Sequence record: NC_054933.1
DNA length: 64,000 bases
Reading direction: 5' to 3' (one strand)
Source of the DNA: Escherichia phage teqhad
Shown one piece after another: positions 58,118-64,000 of the stretch; within the stretch, counting starts at the first letter, position 1, and every line of letters begins with the position of its first letter. The translations under genes were made by a program, and so were the position numbers. The notes under the pieces were generated by a model, which searched no databases, had not been told where the DNA came from, and saw only the letters and a program-made list of their open reading frames with translations.

Positions 58118-61100
58118 ATGGCCGAGATTAAAAGAAAGTTCAGAGCAGAAGATGGTCTGGACGCAGGTGGTGATAAAATAATCAACGTAGCTTTAGCTGA
58201 TCGTACCGTAGGAACTGACGGTGTTAACGTTGATTACTTAATTCAAGAAAACACAGTTCAACAATACGATCCAACTCGTGGATATTTAAAAGATTTTGTA
58301 ATCATTTATGATAACCGCTTTTGGGCTGCTATAAATGATATTCCAAAACCGGCAGGAGCTTTTAATAGCGGACGCTGGAGAGCATTACGTACCGATGCTA
58401 ACTGGATTACGGTTTCATCTGGTTCATATCAATTAAAATCTGGTGAAGCAATTTCGGTTAACACTGCAGCTGGAAATGACATTACGTTTACTTTACCGTC
58501 TTCTCCAATTGATGGTGATACTATCGTTCTCCAAGATATTGGAGGAAAACCTGGAGTTAACCAAGTTTTAATTGTAGCTCCAGTGCAAAGTATTGTAAAC
58601 TTTAGAGGTGAACAGGTACGTTCAGTACTAATGACTCATCCAAAGTCACAGCTAGTTTTAATTTTTAGTAATCGTCTGTGGCAAATGTATGTTGCTGATT
58701 ATAGTAGAGAAGCTGTAATTGTAACACCAGCGAATACTTATCAAGCGCAATCAAATGATTTTATCGTACGTAGATTTACTTCTGCTGCACCGATAAATAT
58801 TAAACTTCCGAGATTTGCTAATCACGGCGATATTATTAATTTCGTCGATTTGGATAAATTAAACCCTCTTTATCATACAATTGTTACGACATACGATGAA
58901 ACGACATCAGTACAAGAAGTTGGAACTCATTCCATTGAAGGCCGTACATCGATTGACGGTTTCTTGATGTTTGATGATAATGAGAAATTGTGGAGATTGT
59001 TTGACGGGGATAGTAAAGCACGTTTACGTATCATAACGACTAATTCAAACATTCGTCCAAACGAAGAAGTTATGGTATTTGGTGCGAATAACGGAACAAT
59101 TCAAACAATTGAGCTTCAGCTTCCAACTAATATTTCTGTTGGTGATACTGTTAAAATTTCCATGAATTACATGAGAAAAGGACAAACAGTTAAAATCAAA
59201 GCTGCCGGTGAAGATAAAATTGCTTCTTCAGTTCAATTGCTGCAATTCCCAAAACGTTCAGAGTATCCGCCTGAAGCTGAGTGGGTTACAGTTCAAGAAT
59301 TAGTTTTTAACGGTGAAACTAATTATGTTCCGGTTTTACAACTTGCTTATATAGAAGATTCTGATGGAAAATACTGGGTTGTACAGCAAAACGTTCCAAC
59401 CGTAGAAAGAGTAGATTCTTTAAATGATTCTACTAGAGCAAGATTAGGCGTAATTGCTTTAGCTACACAAGCTCAAGCTAATGTCGATTTAGAAAATTCT
59501 CCGCAAAAAGAATTAGCAATTACTCCAGAAACGTTAGCTAATCGTACTGCTACTGAAACTCGCAGAGGTATTGCAAGAATAGCAACTACTGCTCAAGTGA
59601 ATCAGAACACCACATTCTCTTTTGCTGACGATATTATCATCACTCCTAAAAAGCTGAATGAAAGAACTGCTACAGAAACTCGCAGAGGTGTTGCTGAAAT
59701 TGCTACGCAGCAAGAAACTAATACAGGTACTGATGATACTACAATCATTACTCCTAAAAAGCTTCAAGCTCGCCAAGGTTCTGAGTCATTATCTGGTATT
59801 GTAACTTTTGTATCTACTGCAGGTGCTACTCCAGCTTCTAGCCGTGAATTAAATGGTACTAATGTTTATAATAAAAACACTAATAATTTAGTTGTTTCGC
59901 CTAAAGCACTGGATCAGTATAAAGCTACTCCAACGCAACAAGGTGCAGTAATTTTAGCAGTTGAAAGTGAAGTAATTGCTGGACAGAGTCAAGAAGGATG
60001 GGCAAATGCGGTTGTAACGCCAGAAACGTTACATAAAAAGACATCAACTGATGGAAGAATTGGTTTAATTGAAATTGCTACGCAAAGTGAAGTTAATACA
60101 GGAACTGATTATACTCGTGCAGTCACTCCTAAAACTTTAAATGACCGTAGAGCAACTGAAAGTTTAAGCGGTATAGCTGAAATTGCTACACAAGTTGAAT
60201 TCGACGCAGGCGTCGACGATACTCGTATCTCTACACCATTAAAAATTAAAACCAGATTTAATAGTACTGATCGTACTTCTGTTGTTGCTCTATCTGGATT
60301 AGTTGAATCAGGAACTCTCTGGGACCATTATACCCTTAATATTCTTGAAGCAAATGAGACACAGCGTGGTACACTTCGTGTAGCTACACAGGTTGAAGCT
60401 GCTGCAGGAACATTAGATAATGTTTTAATAACTCCTAAAAAGCTTTTAGGTACTAAATCTACCGAATCACAGGAAGGTGTTATTAAAGTTGCAACTCAGT
60501 CTGAAACTGTGACTGGAGCATCAGCAAATACTGCTGTATCTCCAAAAAATTTAAAATGGATTGTGCAGAGTGAACCTACCTGGGCAGCTACTACTGCGGT
60601 AAGAGGTTTTGTTAAAACTTCATCTGGTTCAATTACGTTCGTTGGTAATGATACAGTCGGTTCTACCCAAGATTTAGAACTGTATGAGAAAAATAGCTAT
60701 GCAATATCACCATATGAATTAAACCGTGTATTAGCAAATTATTTACCGTTAAAAGCAAAAGCTGCAGATAGTAATTTATTGGATGGTCTAGATTCATCTC
60801 AGTTCATTCGTAGGGATATTGCACAGACGGTTAATGGTTCACTAACCTTAACCCAACAAACGAATCTGAGTGCCCCTCTTGTATCATCTAGTACTGGTGA
60901 ATTTGGTGGTTCATTGGCCGCTAACTCAACATTTACTATCCGTAACACAGGAACTATGACGCCCCGTATCGTTTTCGAAAAAGGTCCTGCATCTGGTGCA
61001 AACCCGGCACAGCCAATGAGTATTCGTGTATGGGGTAACCAATTTGGTGGCGGTAGTGATACGACTCGTTCGACAGTGCTTGAAGTTGGCGATGAAACAT

Positions 61101-61990
61101 CTTATCACTTTTATTCTCAACGTAATAAAGACGGTAATATAGCGTTTAGCATTAATGGTACTGTAATGCCAATAAACATTAATGCTTCCGGTTTGATGAA
61201 TGTGAATGGCGTTGCAACATTCGGTCGTTCAGTTACAGCCAATGGTGAATTCATTAGCAAGTCTGCAAATGCTTTTAGAGCAATTAGTGGTGATTACGGA
61301 TTCTTTATTCGCAATGATGCTGCTAATACCTATTTTATGCTTACTGCATCTGGTGATCAGACTGGCGGATTTAATGGATTACGTCCTTTAGCTATTAATA
61401 ATGCATCTGGTCAGGTTACGATTGGTGAAGGCTTAATCATTGCCAAAGGTGCTACTATAAATTCAGGTGGTTTAACTGTTAACTCGAGAATTCGTTCTCA
61501 GGGTACTAAAACATCTGATTTATACACCCGTGCGCCAACATCTGATACTGTAGGATTCTGGTCAATCGATATTAACGATTCAGCCACTTATAACCAGTTC
61601 CCGGGTTATTTTAAAATGGTTGAAAAAACTAATGAAGTGACTGGGCTTCCATACTTAGAACGTGGCGAAGAAGTTAAATCTCCTGGTACATTGACTCAGT
61701 TTGGTAACACACTTGATTCGCTTTACCAAGATTGGATTACTTATCCAACGACACCAGAAGCGCGTACTACTCGCTGGACACGTACATGGCAGAAAACCAA
61801 AAACTCTTGGTCAAGTTTTGTTCAGGTATTTGATGGAGGTAACCCTCCTCAACCATCTGATATCGGTGCTTTACCATCTGATAATGCTACAATGGGGAAT
61901 CTTACTATTCGTGATTTCTTACGAATTGGTAATGTTCGCATTGTTCCTGACCCAGTGAATAAAACGGTTAAATTTGAATGGGTTGAATAA
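58118..61990 (+). CDS. 34: Long tail fiber proximal subunit gp34
   Basis: 1290 aa; contains about 7 tandem ~40-aa repeats of the tail-fiber motif (TPKKL..R.ATE.RRG.A.IAT). Confidence 0.97.
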   Translation: MAEIKRKFRAEDGLDAGGDKIINVALADRTVGTDGVNVDYLIQENTVQQYDPTRGYLKDFVIIYDNRFWAAINDIPKPAGAFNSGRWRALRTDANWITVSSGSYQLKSGEAISVNTAAGNDITFTLPSSPIDGDTIVLQDIGGKPGVNQVLIVAPVQSIVNFRGEQVRSVLMTHPKSQLVLIFSNRLWQMYVADYSREAVIVTPANTYQAQSNDFIVRRFTSAAPINIKLPRFANHGDIINFVDLDKLNPLYHTIVTTYDETTSVQEVGTHSIEGRTSIDGFLMFDDNEKLWRLFDGDSKARLRIITTNSNIRPNEEVMVFGANNGTIQTIELQLPTNISVGDTVKISMNYMRKGQTVKIKAAGEDKIASSVQLLQFPKRSEYPPEAEWVTVQELVFNGETNYVPVLQLAYIEDSDGKYWVVQQNVPTVERVDSLNDSTRARLGVIALATQAQANVDLENSPQKELAITPETLANRTATETRRGIARIATTAQVNQNTTFSFADDIIITPKKLNERTATETRRGVAEIATQQETNTGTDDTTIITPKKLQARQGSESLSGIVTFVSTAGATPASSRELNGTNVYNKNTNNLVVSPKALDQYKATPTQQGAVILAVESEVIAGQSQEGWANAVVTPETLHKKTSTDGRIGLIEIATQSEVNTGTDYTRAVTPKTLNDRRATESLSGIAEIATQVEFDAGVDDTRISTPLKIKTRFNSTDRTSVVALSGLVESGTLWDHYTLNILEANETQRGTLRVATQVEAAAGTLDNVLITPKKLLGTKSTESQEGVIKVATQSETVTGASANTAVSPKNLKWIVQSEPTWAATTAVRGFVKTSSGSITFVGNDTVGSTQDLELYEKNSYAISPYELNRVLANYLPLKAKAADSNLLDGLDSSQFIRRDIAQTVNGSLTLTQQTNLSAPLVSSSTGEFGGSLAANSTFTIRNTGTMTPRIVFEKGPASGANPAQPMSIRVWGNQFGGGSDTTRSTVLEVGDETSYHFYSQRNKDGNIAFSINGTVMPININASGLMNVNGVATFGRSVTANGEFISKSANAFRAISGDYGFFIRNDAANTYFMLTASGDQTGGFNGLRPLAINNASGQVTIGEGLIIAKGATINSGGLTVNSRIRSQGTKTSDLYTRAPTSDTVGFWSIDINDSATYNQFPGYFKMVEKTNEVTGLPYLERGEEVKSPGTLTQFGNTLDSLYQDWITYPTTPEARTTRWTRTWQKTKNSWSSFVQVFDGGNPPQPSDIGALPSDNATMGNLTIRDFLRIGNVRIVPDPVNKTVKFEWVE

Positions 61991-61998
61991 GAGGTATT

Positions 61999-63114
61999 AT
62001 GGAAAAATTTATGGCAGAGTTTGGACAAGGATATGTCCAAACGCCATTTTTATCGGAAAGCAATTCAGTAAGATATAAAATAAGCATAGCGGGTTCTTGC
62101 CCGCTTTCTACAGCAGGACCATACGTTAAATTTCAGGATAATCCTGTAGGAAGTCAAACATTTAGCGCAGGCCTTCATTTAAGAGTTTTTGACCCTTCCA
62201 CCGGAGCATTAGTTGATAGTAAGTCATATGCTTTTTCGACTTCAAATGATACTACATCTGCTGCCTTTGTTAGTTTCATGAATTCTTTGACGAATAATCG
62301 AATTGTTGCTATATTAACTAACGGAAAGGTTAATTTTCCTCCTGAAGTAGTATCTTGGTTAAGAACCGTCGGAACGTCTGCTTTTCCATCTGACTCTATA
62401 TTGTCAAGATTTGACGTATCATATGCTGCTTTTTATACTTCTTCTAAAAGAGCTATCGCATTAGAGCATGTTAAATTAAGTAATAGAAAAAGCACAGATG
62501 ATTATCAAACTATTTTAGATGTTGTATTTGACAGTTTAGAAGATGTCGGAGCTACCGGGTTTCCAAGAAGAACGTATGAAAGCGTTGAGCAATTTATGTC
62601 AGCGGTTGGTGGAACTAATAACGAAATTGCGAGATTGCCAACTTCAGCTGCTATAAGTAAATTATCTGATTATAATTTAATTCCTGGAGATGTTCTTTAT
62701 CTTAAAGCCCAGTTATATGCTGATGCCGATTTACTTGCTCTTGGAACTGCGAATATATCCATTCGATTTTATAATGCATCAAATGGATATATTTCCTCAA
62801 CACAGGCTGAATTTACCGGGCAAGCTGGATCTTGGGAATTAAAGGAAGATTATGTAGTTGTTCCAGAAAACGCTGTAGGATTTACGATATATGCACAAAG
62901 AACTGCACAAGCTGGCCAAGGTGGCATGAGAAATTTAAGCTTTTCTGAAGTATCAAGAAATGGCGGAATTTCAAAACCCGCTGAATTTGGCGTCAACGGC
63001 ATTCGTGTTAATTATATCTGTGAATCTGCTTCACCTCCGGATATAATGGTACTTCCTACACAAGCATCGTCTAAAACTGGTAAAGTGTTTGGGCAAGAAT
63101 TTAGAGAAGTATAA
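61999..63114 (+). CDS. 35: Long tail fiber hinge connector gp35
   Basis: 371 aa; position between 34 and 36. Confidence 0.9.
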   Translation: MEKFMAEFGQGYVQTPFLSESNSVRYKISIAGSCPLSTAGPYVKFQDNPVGSQTFSAGLHLRVFDPSTGALVDSKSYAFSTSNDTTSAAFVSFMNSLTNNRIVAILTNGKVNFPPEVVSWLRTVGTSAFPSDSILSRFDVSYAAFYTSSKRAIALEHVKLSNRKSTDDYQTILDVVFDSLEDVGATGFPRRTYESVEQFMSAVGGTNNEIARLPTSAAISKLSDYNLIPGDVLYLKAQLYADADLLALGTANISIRFYNASNGYISSTQAEFTGQAGSWELKEDYVVVPENAVGFTIYAQRTAQAGQGGMRNLSFSEVSRNGGISKPAEFGVNGIRVNYICESASPPDIMVLPTQASSKTGKVFGQEFREV

Positions 63115-63119
63115 ATTGA

Positions 63120-63137
63120 GGGAGCCTTCGGGTTCCC
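63120..63137 (+). terminator. Hairpin terminator after gene 35 (UUCG loop)
   Basis: gggagcc-ttcg-ggttccc followed by ttttt. Confidence 0.55.
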
Positions 63138-63145
63138 TTTTTCTT

Positions 63146-63153
63146 TATAAATA
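63146..63153 (+). promoter_or_regulatory. Late promoter TATAAATA upstream of gene 36
   Basis: Exact TATAAATA 24 nt upstream of the gene 36 ATG; AAGGGG ribosome-binding site. Confidence 0.6.
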
Positions 63154-63176
63154 CTATTAAAATAAAGGGGCATACA

Positions 63177-63839
63177 ATGGCTGATTTAAAAGTAGGTTCA
63201 ACAACTGGAGGCTCTGTCATTTGGCATCAAGGAAATTTTCCATTGAATCCGGCCGGTGACGATGTACTCTATAAATCATTTAAAATATATTCAGAATATA
63301 ACAAACCACAAGCTACAGATAACGATTTCGTTTCTAAAGCTAATGGTGGTACTTACGCCGCGACTGTTCGATTTAATGGAGGCGTGCATGTTCCTACTAT
63401 AGGTAGTAGTCAACAGTGCGGTGTTTATCCAGGTAACGGTGATGCAGCTACTTTTGCTATGGCAAATATTGATATTGTTTCGTGGAATGGTATTGGTTTT
63501 AAATCATCACAAGGTTCAGCAGACCGAACTGTTGTAATTAATGCACGTAATGGTGATATTAGTACAAAAGGCGTTGTGACAGCAGTAGGTCAAATAAGAA
63601 GTAATGCAGTTGCTCCTGTAGCAGCGAATGACCTTACTAGAAAGGACTATGTTGATGGAGCAATAAATACTGTTACGGCAAATGCAAACTCTAGGGTGCT
63701 ACGGTCTGGTGACACCATGACAGGTAATTTAACAGCGCCAAACTTTTTCTCGCAGAATCCTGCATCTCAACCTTCACACGTTCCACGATTTGACCAAATC
63801 GTAATTAAGGATTCTGTTCAAGATTTCGGCTATTATTAA
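63177..63839 (+). CDS. 36: Long tail fiber distal connector gp36
   Basis: 220 aa; T4 gp36 size and position. Confidence 0.9.
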   Translation: MADLKVGSTTGGSVIWHQGNFPLNPAGDDVLYKSFKIYSEYNKPQATDNDFVSKANGGTYAATVRFNGGVHVPTIGSSQQCGVYPGNGDAATFAMANIDIVSWNGIGFKSSQGSADRTVVINARNGDISTKGVVTAVGQIRSNAVAPVAANDLTRKDYVDGAINTVTANANSRVLRSGDTMTGNLTAPNFFSQNPASQPSHVPRFDQIVIKDSVQDFGYY

Positions 63840-63847
63840 GAGGACTT

Positions 63848-64000
63848 ATGGCTACTTTAAAACAAATACAATTTAAAAGAAGCAAAACCGCAGGTGCACG
63901 TCCTGCTGCTTCAGTATTAGCCGAAGGTGAATTGGCTATAAATTTAAAAGATAGAACAATTTTTACTAAAGACGATTCAGGAAATATCATTGACTTAAGC
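63848..64000 (+). CDS. 37: Long tail fiber distal subunit gp37, N-terminal fragment (3' end outside window)
   Basis: ATG at 63848 with GAGGA ribosome-binding site; [43 protein letters not shown]... matches the gp37 N-terminus; open to window end. Confidence 0.9.
   Translation, partial: MATLKQIQFKRSKTAGARPAASVLAEGELAINLKDRTIFTKDDSGNIIDLS

Overview
This window is a near-complete late/structural block plus the adjacent early-gene block of a T4-like (T-even, Tevenvirinae) Escherichia phage. Identification rests on recognising the translated ORFs against well-known T4 proteins (fibritin foldon, gp23, DNA ligase, gp32, gp59, RNase H and others); no database search was run. Plus strand, 1-16.2 kb: gene 12 (3' end), wac, 13, 14, 15, 16, 17, 18, 19, 20, 67, 68, 21, 22, 23, 24. 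Mixed strands, 16.3-29.8 kb: rnlB, 24.2, 24.3, hoc, inh, uvsW, uvsW.1, uvsY.-2, uvsY.-1, uvsY, 25, 26, 51, 27, 28, 29, 48, 54. Minus strand, 29.8-58.0 kb: two tandem Alt-family ADP-ribosyltransferase genes, 30 (ligase), nine small 30.x ORFs, rIII, 31, cd, small cd.x ORFs, pseT, a two-gene spanin pair, alc, rnlA, denA, nrdB, nrdA, td, frd, 32, 59, 33, dsbA, rnh. Plus strand, 58.1-64.0 kb: long tail fiber genes 34, 35, 36 and the start of 37. Gene content and order match T4, but td and nrdB are uninterrupted and no homing-endonuclease ORFs are present, so this is an intron-free T4 relative rather than T4 itself. I found no novel multi-gene system. The most unusual loci are: (i) a ~0.4 kb insertion with an orphan ORF exactly at the frd-td junction, (ii) a 54-bp element present twice that combines an early-promoter-like motif with a hairpin sequestering the downstream ribosome-binding site, (iii) two tandem Alt-like ADP-ribosyltransferases with intact catalytic motifs, and (iv) a NADAR-like / HAD-like pair downstream of ligase. 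Several ORF-track starts were corrected (gp20, gp33, rnh, rnlA, denA) and one gene below the track's length cutoff (uvsY.-2) was added.
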